This document shows, piece by piece, positions 8,476 to 17,556 of a DNA stretch of 32,000 nt. Each line of letters starts with the position of its first letter. Positions within the stretch are counted from its first letter, which is position 1. The notes under the pieces were generated by a model that was not told where the DNA came from, ran no database searches, and saw only the letters and a list, made by a program, of their open reading frames with translations. The stretch is from Breznakia sp. PF5-3 (GTDB lineage Bacteria > Bacillota_I > Bacilli_A > Erysipelotrichales > Erysipelotrichaceae). The stretch covers positions 30,001 to 62,000 of the forward strand of contig NZ_JAQFIQ010000001.1 in assembly GCF_029504745.1 (NCBI RefSeq), given 5' to 3'. Both the position numbers and the translations under genes were made by a program.

Positions 8476-9801
8476 ATGCAAAATTCAATTAGTAAAGAGT
8501 TTGATTTCAAATCACTTTTAATATTCGCGTTTCCAACAATTATCATGATGGTATTTATGTCTTTATATACGATTGTTGATGGTATTTTTGTTGCTCGTTA
8601 TGTAGGGAGTAATGCAGTTGCCTCGATTAATATCGTGATGCCAGTAATTAATTTATTGAATAGTATTGGAATTATGTTTGCATCTGGTGGTAATGCAGTA
8701 ATTTCAAAGAAAATAGGTGAGGGAAAAAGCGAAGAAGCAAATGAAGATTTTTCCTTTATCAATGTTGTTTGCTTATTGGTTGGTGTTATTATCGCAGTTG
8801 TTTGTTTCATTTTTATGGAGCCAATGTTTGGCTTGTTAGGCGCAAGTGAAACATTGTTGCCATTGTGTATGGAATATGGTTTTTTCTTTATCATATCAGC
8901 ACCCTTATCAATTATAAAATGTGTCTATGATCAATTATTGGTTACTGCAGGACATCCTAAGTTAGCATTAAAGACTTCAATTGTTGGAGGCGTTACCAAC
9001 ATTGTTCTAGATTATCTCTTTATTGTAATTTTTGGGTTTGGAATTGTCGGGGCTGCCATTGCTACAGTGATAGGACAAATTGTTGCTGTGTGGATTGCTG
9101 TTCAATTTTTTAGAGATTCTGAAAATACAATTCATTTTACAAAATTTAAAAAACGTTATCAAACGATTAAAGAAGCAATGATTAATGGATCTAGTGAAAT
9201 GGTATCTCAATTATCGTTTGCAATTACTACTGTAATTTTTAATTTGGGAATGATGAAGTACGCTGGCGAAAGTGGCGTAGCAGCAATTTCCATCATTTTA
9301 TATATTCAATTTATTATGATTGCTGTATTCATTGGTTTTTCCAATGGAATAGCTCCCGTTGTTGGATATTCTTATGGTAGTCAAAATCGAGCACAGTTAA
9401 AACGGATATATCGTTACTCTAATATTTTTATATGGTCTGTGTCTATTTTTGTCTTTATTCTTTCTCAATTAGGAGGAGAATGGATTATTCGTATTTTTAT
9501 TGGTAGCACAGATAGTGCTTATGCGTTATCTGTACATGGTTTATATTTGTTTTCCTTTTCTTTTATCTTCAATGGTTTTACAATTTTTTCATCTGGTTTT
9601 TTTACTGCATTATCCAATGGTCCAATTTCAGCAGCTATATCATTTTTGAAGAATTTGGTGTTCATTGTTGTCTTTGCCATTGTGTTACCACCACTTTGGG
9701 GAATTGATGGCTTATGGCTTTGTATTCCATTTGCAGAATTTGTAGCATTTTTTGTAGCTTTGTTTTTTCTGTTATGGAAGAAAAAAGAATACGGATATTA
9801 A
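8476..9801 (+). CDS. MATE-family efflux transporter
   Basis: 441 aa with about 12 predicted TM helices. The N-terminus (FPTIIMMVFMSLYTIVDGIFVARYVGSNAVASINI) is typical of the MATE/NorM/DinF family. Strong RBS AAGGAGG. Confidence 0.9.
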   Translation: MQNSISKEFDFKSLLIFAFPTIIMMVFMSLYTIVDGIFVARYVGSNAVASINIVMPVINLLNSIGIMFASGGNAVISKKIGEGKSEEANEDFSFINVVCLLVGVIIAVVCFIFMEPMFGLLGASETLLPLCMEYGFFFIISAPLSIIKCVYDQLLVTAGHPKLALKTSIVGGVTNIVLDYLFIVIFGFGIVGAAIATVIGQIVAVWIAVQFFRDSENTIHFTKFKKRYQTIKEAMINGSSEMVSQLSFAITTVIFNLGMMKYAGESGVAAISIILYIQFIMIAVFIGFSNGIAPVVGYSYGSQNRAQLKRIYRYSNIFIWSVSIFVFILSQLGGEWIIRIFIGSTDSAYALSVHGLYLFSFSFIFNGFTIFSSGFFTALSNGPISAAISFLKNLVFIVVFAIVLPPLWGIDGLWLCIPFAEFVAFFVALFFLLWKKKEYGY

Positions 9802-9836
9802 AAATCTGTTAGGTTATACCTAAACAGATTTTTTTA
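9801..9836. terminator. bidirectional intrinsic terminator (MATE / yjbQ-like convergent pair)
   Basis: AAAATCTGTTAGG ... CCTAAACAGATTTT hairpin (one bulge), followed by a T-run on plus and an A-run upstream. Confidence 0.7.
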
Positions 9837-10250
9837 TTCTCCGATAATTTTTATTAATACACGCTTTGTGCGTTTTCCATCAAATTCAAAATAGAAAATT
9901 TGCTCCCACGTGCCGAAATCTAATTCACCATCTGTAATTGCACAAACACTTTCACGTCCCATAATAGTTCGTTTAAGGTGTGCATCAGCATTGTCTTCAT
10001 AACCATTGTGTTGATATTGACTATATGGTTTTTCTGGTGCAATCCCTTCTAACCAACGTTCATAATCGTTATGCAATCCACCTTCATCATCATTAATAAA
10101 GACACTTGCGGTAATATTCATGGCATTTATTAGTACTAACCCTTCTTTGACTCCGCTTTCGCTAATTGCTTGTTGTACATCACGTGTGATATTTACTAGA
10201 CCTCGTCTATTAGGCAAATGAAAAGATAATTCTTTACGATAAGATTTCAT
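9834..10250 (-). CDS. YjbQ/UPF0047-family protein (secondary thiamine-phosphate synthase family)
   Basis: About 138 aa with family-typical segments ([61 protein letters not shown]). Start moved to the ATG at 10250, which is preceded by AAAGGAGGAACTT. The upstream ATG at 10286 has no RBS and lies almost at the predicted promoter. Confidence 0.8.
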   Translation of the reverse strand: MKSYRKELSFHLPNRRGLVNITRDVQQAISESGVKEGLVLINAMNITASVFINDDEGGLHNDYERWLEGIAPEKPYSQYQHNGYEDNADAHLKRTIMGRESVCAITDGELDFGTWEQIFYFEFDGKRTKRVLIKIIGE

Positions 10251-10546
10251 AAGTTCCTCCTTTGTGATTTTCATGGAAGTATCCATAATGCTTTTCTTAT
10301 ATTATACACTACTTAACAGAATTGCTAATAGGAAACGTGTAGCTTTATAAAACAACTATATCAAATAGTATTTTGCAAATATAAAGTATTGTGAGATACT
10401 TTATAACTTTTTCAAAGCATTACCAAATATCACGAATTATTATCCGATTTTACCAGTTTTTACACAAGCATAGTTAACTATGATATACTTGTGGCATCAA
10501 ATAAAACTAATCAGTGGGGGATTCGATAAACTTGGAGGAAGATGAA

Positions 10547-10870
10547 ATGAAAAAAAATAAAGTAATTATAGCTTCAACAGCAATTTTTCTTTTACTTGTT
10601 TTAACATTGATATCTATTAATAGTGAAGCAGTTAGGTATCCGAGATTAGATGATTCAATGGTTGAAGTTCTATGGACGTATGAAAAAGGTGAATCCGTTG
10701 TTTTAAATCCAGGAGATAATCTATATTATTTAGATGGGACTATCGTAAAGCCTAGCAAAATAGAAGAGGAAGATATCTATTATTATAATTTATCATCGGG
10801 AAAGTACAAAGGGACGATAATGGATAGTGTAAGTGGAGAGTTAGTGGAAATATCGATAATTATAAATTAA
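10547..10870 (+). CDS. small hypothetical secreted or membrane-anchored protein
   Basis: ATG at 10547 is preceded by GGAGGAAG. N-terminus MKKNKVIIASTAIFLLLVLTLISINSEA resembles a signal peptide or anchor. It has its own strong terminator. No family recognised. Confidence 0.5.
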   Translation: MKKNKVIIASTAIFLLLVLTLISINSEAVRYPRLDDSMVEVLWTYEKGESVVLNPGDNLYYLDGTIVKPSKIEEEDIYYYNLSSGKYKGTIMDSVSGELVEISIIIN

Positions 10871-10875
10871 CTTAG

Positions 10876-10924
10876 TCTTGTTCTTGATTCTTGGAAATAT
10901 AAATCAAGAACAAGATTTTCTTTT
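10876..10924 (+). terminator. strong intrinsic terminator
   Basis: Perfect 14-bp stem TCTTGTTCTTGATT (10876-10889) / AATCAAGAACAAGA (10902-10915), followed by TTTTCTTTT. Confidence 0.85.
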
Positions 10925-10959
10925 GTATGCTAATAATAAGTTATTTAAAAATAAATTAC

Positions 10960-10987
10960 TTGTATCTATTTGTAATTATGCTATACT
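10960..10987 (+). promoter_or_regulatory. promoter of the lysine-riboswitch operon
   Basis: TTGTAT (10960-10965), 16-nt spacer, extended -10 TGCTATACT (10979-10987). Confidence 0.5.
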
Positions 10988-11002
10988 ATAAACAAATATA
11001 AA

Positions 11003-11206
11003 TGATAGAGGCGCAATTCGTTATTATCATATCTGGAGAAGGCATTCGTTAGACAGATGATGAGAGGAACAATTGCCGAATGTATGTTATTGGCAAATAG
11101 CATATGTGGGATTATAGTGAATAACTGTAATACTGTCTACGTGAGTAGGGGTGCTATCTTAATGATGTTTTTATGTCAATAAGAGGAATCCTTATTGGCT
11201 TTTTTT
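11003..11206 (+). promoter_or_regulatory. lysine riboswitch (L-box) with terminator expression platform
   Basis: Conserved L-box elements AGAGGCGC (11007-11014), CTGGAGAA, TTGCCGAA, GTGGGATTA and ACTGTC. A hairpin (about 11175-19999 region, CAATAAG ... CTTATTG at 11177-11197) plus a T-run (11200-11206) lies immediately upstream of lysA. Confidence 0.9.
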
Positions 11207-11222
11207 ATGGAGGTAAGAGGAA

Positions 11223-12497
11223 ATGTTGAAAATTGGAAATGTTGGTTGTGATGAATTATTACATGTTTGTGGTAGTCCATTATATGTATATGATGAAAAA
11301 GTAATAGAAGATAAGTTGCAAGAATATCAAACTTATTTTAAAAGTGATAAGTTTGAAACGGAAATAGTATATGCTTCAAAAGCGTTTACTTGTGGAGCAT
11401 TGTTAAAGAAGCTAGCCGCTTTCCAATGTAGCATTGATGTTGTAAGTGGTGGGGAGTTATATGTTGCTGAGAGAGCAGCTTTCAATCCTGATAAGATTTA
11501 CTTTCATGGAAACAATAAAACGGATGATGAAGTGAAGATGGCGCTTACTTATGGAGTGAAAACTTTGGTTATTGATAATGTGTTTGAAGTGGAAAAAATT
11601 TTAAGTATAAGCAAAGCTATGAAAAAACATGTACATGTCTTAATTCGTATCAATCCAAAGATTGAGGCACATACACATGAATACATTATGACTGCGACGA
11701 GTGATTCAAAATTTGGAATAAGCATTGATGAAATAGAAGATATAGTTTCTATGATTAACATGATTGAAGCAAGTGAATATGTAACTTTTGATGGGTTTCA
11801 TTCACATATAGGTTCGCAGATTTTTGAAGCCCATGCATTTATTGGAGCAATTGATAAAATGGTTGTATTTGCTAAAAAAATCAAAGATATTACTGGTGTG
11901 AACATAAAGACATTGAATATTGGTGGTGGATTTGGAGTACGCTATACAGATGAAGATACACCATTATCAACGCCAGAGATGTGTAAAGCTCTTATTCAAG
12001 CTATAGAAATAGCATGTGACAACAACAATATTACTTTTGATAAGGTTTGTATGGAACCGGGAAGAAGTATTGTAGGTGAAGCCGGTTATACTTTATATGA
12101 AGTTGGATTTACTAAAAAAACACAAAACAAAGAGTTTGCATTTATCAATGGAGGAATGGCGGATAATATCCGTCCCGCTTTATATGAAGCAAAATATGCT
12201 TGTGATATTGCAAATAAAATGGATGAAACAAAAGAATATCGCTATGAGATTGCAGGAAAGTGTTGTGAGAGCGGGGATATATTAATTCATGACGTTTTAT
12301 TACCGAAAGTTGAGACAGGGGATATACTCGTTACTTATACGACTGGAGCATATGGATATTCAATGGCTAGTAATTATAATCGTTTGAATCGTCCTGCTGT
12401 AGTATTTGTAAAAGATGGAAAGGTTCGCCAAGTGCTTCGTCGTGAGACTTATGAAGATCAAGTACGCTTGGATGATGAACGGGAAATAAAATTGTGA
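11223..12497 (+). CDS. lysA: diaminopimelate decarboxylase
   Basis: 424 aa fold-III PLP decarboxylase (YASKAF, HSHIGSQ, GGGFG, EPGRSIVG, CESGD). First gene after the L-box. Confidence 0.95.
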   Translation: MLKIGNVGCDELLHVCGSPLYVYDEKVIEDKLQEYQTYFKSDKFETEIVYASKAFTCGALLKKLAAFQCSIDVVSGGELYVAERAAFNPDKIYFHGNNKTDDEVKMALTYGVKTLVIDNVFEVEKILSISKAMKKHVHVLIRINPKIEAHTHEYIMTATSDSKFGISIDEIEDIVSMINMIEASEYVTFDGFHSHIGSQIFEAHAFIGAIDKMVVFAKKIKDITGVNIKTLNIGGGFGVRYTDEDTPLSTPEMCKALIQAIEIACDNNNITFDKVCMEPGRSIVGEAGYTLYEVGFTKKTQNKEFAFINGGMADNIRPALYEAKYACDIANKMDETKEYRYEIAGKCCESGDILIHDVLLPKVETGDILVTYTTGAYGYSMASNYNRLNRPAVVFVKDGKVRQVLRRETYEDQVRLDDEREIKL

Positions 12498-13294
12498 TTT
12501 CGTTTTCGAAATATCATGGTTGTGGTAATAGTTTTATTATTGTAGATTATGATGATATTGAAAAGTATGATATAGCAACACTGGCAATGCACATGTGTAA
12601 TGCAGAGATAGGAATTGGTGCAGATGGCTTTATCATTGTTAAGGATTCACCATTAACAATGATATTCTATAATCAAGACGGAAGTAGAGCACCGATGTGT
12701 GGGAATGGAATTCGATGTTTTGCAAAGTATGTAAAGGATAAACATTATGTTAGTGATAATACCTTTGAAGTATTGACAGGTGCAGGAAATTTAATAGTAA
12801 ATTGTATAGATGATAAATATGAGATTATGATGGGAATACCACACTTTGATAACACATTGTTGAAACTGAGAAAAGATGTAAATTTATATTCGTATTCATT
12901 ATTAGAATATGAATTAAGTAGTGTTTTCCTAGGAACAATTCATACCGTATTATTTGTTGATTCATTTGATGATATCGATATAAAAGCAGTTGGTGAAGAA
13001 ATATGTAATCATGAATTGTATAAAGAAAAGACAAATGTGAATTTTGTGAAAGTAATTGATCGTAAAAATATTTGTGTATTTACTTATGAGAGAGGAGTTG
13101 GGATTACAAAAGCATGTGGAACGGGATGTTGTGCAAGTTTTGTAATTGCGCATCACTTCAATAAAGTTGATAATTGTGTAAATGTACATCTTGAATATGG
13201 AATGTTAACAATTGAATATGATAATAAAAAGGTGATGATGAAGGGTCCTGCAACATTTGTTGCTAAGGGACAATATAACATAGAGGAGGAATAA
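12494..13294 (+). CDS. dapF: diaminopimelate epimerase
   Basis: FSKYHGCGNSFIIVD N-terminus, with both catalytic Cys contexts (MCGNGIRCF and ACGTGCCAS). The GTG start overlaps the lysA stop (GTGA). Confidence 0.93.
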   Translation: MISFSKYHGCGNSFIIVDYDDIEKYDIATLAMHMCNAEIGIGADGFIIVKDSPLTMIFYNQDGSRAPMCGNGIRCFAKYVKDKHYVSDNTFEVLTGAGNLIVNCIDDKYEIMMGIPHFDNTLLKLRKDVNLYSYSLLEYELSSVFLGTIHTVLFVDSFDDIDIKAVGEEICNHELYKEKTNVNFVKVIDRKNICVFTYERGVGITKACGTGCCASFVIAHHFNKVDNCVNVHLEYGMLTIEYDNKKVMMKGPATFVAKGQYNIEEE

Positions 13295-13297
13295 ATT

Positions 13298-14173
13298 ATG
13301 TTAGTAAAAGGAAGCATTGTAGCGCTTATAACGCCGTTTAATGAGAATGGTAGTGTGAATTTTAATAAGTTAGGGGAATTGATAGAATTTCATGTTAAAA
13401 ATAAAACAGATGCATTATTAGTGTTAGGGACAACAGGGGAAACACCAACGTTATCACATGAAGAAGATGACTCAGTGGTAAAATATACAATTGAAAAGGT
13501 AGATGGAAGGTTGCCAATATATGTAGGAGCTGGATCAAATAACACAACAACACAGTTAACATATTGTAAGAAATATGAAAAGATGGGTGCAGATGCACTG
13601 TTAGTTATTGCTCCATATTATAATAAAGCCAATGAAGAAGGGATGTATCTACATTTTAAAACAGTAGCAGATGAAGTGAATATACCATTAATCTTATATA
13701 ATGTTCCTGGTAGAACAGGATGTTCTATTTCTTATTCAGTGGTAAAACGGTTAGCGACACACAAAAATATTGCCGCGATTAAAGAAGCAAGTGGTGATAT
13801 ATCTTATTTAGCAAAAATCTCTAAATTAGCAAGTGAAGATTTTTATGTTTATTCAGGAAATGATGATATGGTAGTACCAGCAATGTCATTGGGTGGTAGT
13901 GGTGTGATTTCAGTATCAGCTAATATCCTTCCAGAAGCAATGCATAATATGGTAACTTATTATTTAGAAGGTAAAACCGATGAAGCACTACATTTACAGT
14001 TGAAGTATCTTGATTTAATCAATGCTTTGTTCATAGAGACAAATCCAATTCCAGTTAAAGAAGCAATGAATCAATTGGGAATGGAAGTTGGAGGTTATCG
14101 TTTGCCGCTTACATATATGAGTGATGCTAATCGTGAAATTCTTATTAATGAATTAAAAGTAATGGAGGATTAA
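13298..14173 (+). CDS. dapA: 4-hydroxy-tetrahydrodipicolinate synthase
   Basis: GSIVALITPF, GTTGE, YNVPGRTG and the active-site Lys context AAIKEASGD. RBS GGAGGA. Confidence 0.95.
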   Translation: MLVKGSIVALITPFNENGSVNFNKLGELIEFHVKNKTDALLVLGTTGETPTLSHEEDDSVVKYTIEKVDGRLPIYVGAGSNNTTTQLTYCKKYEKMGADALLVIAPYYNKANEEGMYLHFKTVADEVNIPLILYNVPGRTGCSISYSVVKRLATHKNIAAIKEASGDISYLAKISKLASEDFYVYSGNDDMVVPAMSLGGSGVISVSANILPEAMHNMVTYYLEGKTDEALHLQLKYLDLINALFIETNPIPVKEAMNQLGMEVGGYRLPLTYMSDANREILINELKVMED

Positions 14174-14174
14174 A

Positions 14175-14888
14175 ATGAAAGTAGCACTTATTGGTTATGG
14201 AATGATGGGAAAAGTGATTGAGAAAAAACTGCTTGATCGAGGACATACAATTTCTGGAATTGTAAGTTTGGGGATGATAGAAGATATTAATGAAATTAAA
14301 GAGCCAATGGATGTAATCATTGATTTCTCACATCCAAATAATTTAGATATGCTATTGTCTTATGCAATGGCTAATCAAATACCTTTGGTGATAGCAACAA
14401 CAGGATTTAGTGATGATCAAATTGCAAAGATTTATGAAAGTGCGAAGCTAGCACCAATTGTATATACGGCAAATTTTTCATTAGGAATTACCGTTATGGA
14501 AGAAGTATTACGTACAATCACACCAATTTTAAAAGATAGTTTTGATATTGAAGTTATAGAAAAACATCATAATCAAAAAATTGATGCACCTAGTGGAACC
14601 GCTAAAATGTTGGTAAATGCAATTAATGAGGATAATGACTATGATATTGTATATGGACGTGAAGGAATGGTGAAGCGTGGAAATGAAATCGGTGTACATG
14701 CCATTCGTGGTGGAAGTATTGTTGGTGAACACAGTGTTATTTTTGCAGGTGAAGACGAAGTGTTTGAAATCAAACATGAAGCACATTCAAAAAGCATTTT
14801 CGCAAATGGTGCAGTTAAGGCAGCTGAATTCTTGGTGGGGAAGAAAGCTGGAATTTATAATATGCATGATGTATTGTTTACAAAATAA
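14175..14888 (+). CDS. dapB: 4-hydroxy-tetrahydrodipicolinate reductase (short form)
   Basis: N-terminal GYGMMG Rossmann motif and the signature [24 protein letters not shown]. Confidence 0.9.
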   Translation: MKVALIGYGMMGKVIEKKLLDRGHTISGIVSLGMIEDINEIKEPMDVIIDFSHPNNLDMLLSYAMANQIPLVIATTGFSDDQIAKIYESAKLAPIVYTANFSLGITVMEEVLRTITPILKDSFDIEVIEKHHNQKIDAPSGTAKMLVNAINEDNDYDIVYGREGMVKRGNEIGVHAIRGGSIVGEHSVIFAGEDEVFEIKHEAHSKSIFANGAVKAAEFLVGKKAGIYNMHDVLFTK

Positions 14889-14899
14889 AGGGGGAGCGT

Positions 14900-15595
14900 A
14901 TGGAAGCTCAAGATATTATTGGTTTTATAAAAAATGCAAAGAAGGTAACACCTGTAAAAGTGTATTTGAAAACAAAGAAGAAACTCGTTTTTAGTGGCTG
15001 TCAGGTATTTGGCAGTGAAAAAAGTCCAATCGTTATAGGGGACTGGGAAATTATACGACCATTATTAGAAAAATATAAACAAGATATTGAAGATACTTAC
15101 ATTGAAAATGATTGTCGCAATTCAGCAATTCCAAAATTAGATATTAAAAACATCAATGCCCGAATTGAACCGGGCGCTATTATTCGAGACCAGGTAGAAA
15201 TTGGTGATAATGTAGTCATTATGATGGGGGCTATTATTAATATTGGTGCAAAGATTCAAGAAAATACGATGATTGATATGGGATGTGTTTTAGGTGGTCG
15301 AGCAGAGGTTGGAAAAAACTGTCATATTGGTGCTGGTACCGTGTTGGCTGGTGTTGTTGAACCAGCTAGTGCAACTCCTGTTATTATTGAAGATGATGTT
15401 GTTATCGGTGCGAATGCGGTTGTAATTGAAGGGGTTAGAATTGGAAAAGGTAGTGTTGTAGCAGCAGGAAGTATTGTTTTAGATGATGTTGCTCCTGGCT
15501 TGATGGTGGCAGGTTGTCCTGCTCGTGTAATCAAAGCAGTGGACGATAAAACAGCCAGTAAAACAGGCTTAGAATTAGCCCTAAGAGCATTATAA
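14900..15595 (+). CDS. dapH: 2,3,4,5-tetrahydropyridine-2,6-dicarboxylate N-acetyltransferase (acetylase-branch DAP pathway)
   Basis: Aligns along its length with my recollection of B. subtilis DapH/YkuQ ([34 protein letters not shown], and hexapeptide repeats [18 protein letters not shown]...[15 protein letters not shown]). Confidence 0.93.
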   Translation: MEAQDIIGFIKNAKKVTPVKVYLKTKKKLVFSGCQVFGSEKSPIVIGDWEIIRPLLEKYKQDIEDTYIENDCRNSAIPKLDIKNINARIEPGAIIRDQVEIGDNVVIMMGAIINIGAKIQENTMIDMGCVLGGRAEVGKNCHIGAGTVLAGVVEPASATPVIIEDDVVIGANAVVIEGVRIGKGSVVAAGSIVLDDVAPGLMVAGCPARVIKAVDDKTASKTGLELALRAL

Positions 15596-15631
15596 AAACC
15601 TGAAGTTATGCATTAACCTCAGGTTTTTTTG
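15594..15631. terminator. bidirectional intrinsic terminator (dapH / RNase J convergent pair)
   Basis: AACCTGA (15597-15603) / TCAGGTT (15619-15625), with an A-run upstream and T7 downstream. It overlaps the last codons of the RNase J gene. Confidence 0.65.
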
Positions 15632-17435
15632 TTGTTTTCTTTTTTGGTTTTGGTTTCGCTTTTACTTTTGTATGCTTTGATTGCATTTCTTCAATTGCTT
15701 CCTTTGAATTCAAAATAACGGGAATGACAATTGGATTACGATGCGTTTTCTTATATAAGAATGGTTCTAATGTTCCACGCACAGTATTTTTAATCGCTCC
15801 AAAAGTGATTTTGGTTTGCATTTTTTCTTTCAATGCATCAAATACAACTTGTTCTGCTTCTTTTATAAGCGATTGAGAATCTTTAATAAACACAAAACCT
15901 CTTGTAACGATTACGGGTTTGCTCAACACTTGACTCTTACGAGAATCAATAGGGATGATTACGGATACCAATCCATTATCAGCTAAGACTTTACGGTCTT
16001 TTAAGACAGCAGTAGAAATCCCTGAAATATCGTTTCCATCAACATAAATATCATCAGCTTGAAAGCGTTCAGGACTTAAGAATACTTTTCCTTTACGCAT
16101 AATTAAGCAATCTCCGTTTGCTAAAGTAAAGATATGGTCTTTAGCGACACCTGTTTCTTCACCACTTGCAGCATGCTGTTTCAGCATCTTATATTCACCA
16201 TGTATTGGCATAAAGTATTTTGGTTTCATTAGTTGTAACATTAGTTTTTGTTCATCTTGTGAAGCATGTCCTGTAGTATGTAAATTATTTAAAATAGAAT
16301 TTGTAAGGACATTAGCACCATGACGATATAATTTATTGATAACTTGATTTACACTATTGCTATTACCAGGAATAGGACTAGATGAAAATACGATTGTATC
16401 ATTTGGTCTTAATTTAATCTGACGATGTGTACCAGCTGCAATTCTAGATAAAGCCGCCAATGGTTCACCTTGTGATCCTGTACACACGATACAAGTTTTT
16501 TCTGGTGGATAAGAGTTTAATTGATCTGGAGTTAACAAGTTAGAATCTTTAATTTTGATTTTCCCTTGTTTTCTACCAACTTCAAGAACATTTTCCATAC
16601 TCCTACCAAAGACAGCAACTTTACGTCCACATTTTACAGCAGCATCTAAAATCTGTGCTAAACGATAAACGTTTGAAGCAAATGTTGCGACGATAATTCT
16701 TCCATCAGTCTTTTTGAATACATCTAAAATTGAAGAAGCTACTTTCTTTTCGCTGATTGAGAATCCCTCAACACCAGAATTGGTTGAATCACTCAATAAT
16801 AAATCAACACCAATTTGACCGATATAAGCCATTTTTTGGTATTCTGAATTTGTACCCACAGGCGTTAAATCAAATTTAAAATCTCCAGTATGTACAATTC
16901 TACCATTTGGTGTATTGATAATAATTCCTAAAGAATCAGGAATCGAGTGAGTAGTATCGAAGAAACCACATGTAAAATTTTTCATCTTCACTTTTGAATC
17001 GCAATTAATTTGACGAATTTTTGTTCCTCTGATTTTTCTTTCATCAAGCTTTTTTTGAATTAGAGCAGATGCAAATTGTGGTGCATAAATTGCATCAATT
17101 TGCACACTTTGTAATAAATAGGGAATACCTCCAATATGATCTTCATGACCATGAGTTATAACCAATACTTTTTTCTTTTTATTATTTTCAATTAAATGGG
17201 TCATTTCAGGAATAACTGCATCCACACCCAATAATTCTTCATCCGGAAAACGCACTCCACAATCGACAATCAAAATCTCATTGCCTTGTTCTATACAATA
17301 CATATTTTTACCGACTTCACCTAAACCTCCTAAGGCATATACTAGGGTGTCATCATTTTTGATTTTAAACCTATTATGTTGTGATTGGTTTGTATTTTTA
17401 GATTGCGTTTTCGGTGTTTTTTTAACTTCTTTCAT
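15606..17435 (-). CDS. rnj: ribonuclease J (beta-CASP metallo-beta-lactamase RNase)
   Basis: GGLGEVGKNMY, HGHEDHIGG, the beta-CASP region and C-terminal domain. 609 aa with K/N/Q-rich N- and C-terminal extensions. RBS GAAAGGAGAG. Confidence 0.95.
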   Translation of the reverse strand: MKEVKKTPKTQSKNTNQSQHNRFKIKNDDTLVYALGGLGEVGKNMYCIEQGNEILIVDCGVRFPDEELLGVDAVIPEMTHLIENNKKKKVLVITHGHEDHIGGIPYLLQSVQIDAIYAPQFASALIQKKLDERKIRGTKIRQINCDSKVKMKNFTCGFFDTTHSIPDSLGIIINTPNGRIVHTGDFKFDLTPVGTNSEYQKMAYIGQIGVDLLLSDSTNSGVEGFSISEKKVASSILDVFKKTDGRIIVATFASNVYRLAQILDAAVKCGRKVAVFGRSMENVLEVGRKQGKIKIKDSNLLTPDQLNSYPPEKTCIVCTGSQGEPLAALSRIAAGTHRQIKLRPNDTIVFSSSPIPGNSNSVNQVINKLYRHGANVLTNSILNNLHTTGHASQDEQKLMLQLMKPKYFMPIHGEYKMLKQHAASGEETGVAKDHIFTLANGDCLIMRKGKVFLSPERFQADDIYVDGNDISGISTAVLKDRKVLADNGLVSVIIPIDSRKSQVLSKPVIVTRGFVFIKDSQSLIKEAEQVVFDALKEKMQTKITFGAIKNTVRGTLEPFLYKKTHRNPIVIPVILNSKEAIEEMQSKHTKVKAKPKPKKKTTKKPEVNA

Positions 17436-17471
17436 TAAACTCTCCTTTCAAACACCTTTATTTCTTAGAGT

Positions 17472-17499
17472 ATTATAACATAATTTCTAAAATATCCAA
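17472..17499 (-). promoter_or_regulatory. probable promoter of the RNase J gene
   Basis: On the minus strand: TTGGAT (plus 17494-17499), 16-nt spacer, extended -10 TGTTATAAT (plus 17472-17480). Confidence 0.45.
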
Positions 17500-17527
17500 A
17501 AGAAATAACTCTTTCTGATATCTTAAA

Positions 17528-17556
17528 ATATAAAAATAGAGCATAGCGCTCTATTC
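17528..17556 (-). terminator. intrinsic terminator after def
   Basis: The minus strand reads ATAGAGC-GCTAT-GCTCTAT followed by TTTTTATATTTT. The hairpin overlaps the def stop codon. Confidence 0.6.

Noticed and set aside
8598-9210. Antisense ORFs inside the MATE gene (8598-8894, 9007-9210)
   Set aside because: Same reasoning: they are embedded opposite a 12-TM transporter gene with no translation signals.
11549-15534. Antisense or alternate-frame ORFs within the lysA-dapH operon (11549-11761, 12076-12285, 12825-13034, 12962-13189, 13395-13598, 14529-14786, 14677-14994, 15322-15534)
   Set aside because: All overlap well-supported biosynthetic genes. The 15322-15534 ORF is the mirror of the DapH hexapeptide-repeat region, a repeat-driven open frame. 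None has an RBS or a recognisable family.
17281-17478. 65-aa plus-strand ORF overlapping the RNase J start region
   Set aside because: It is antisense to the RNase J N-terminus and its promoter, and has no RBS.
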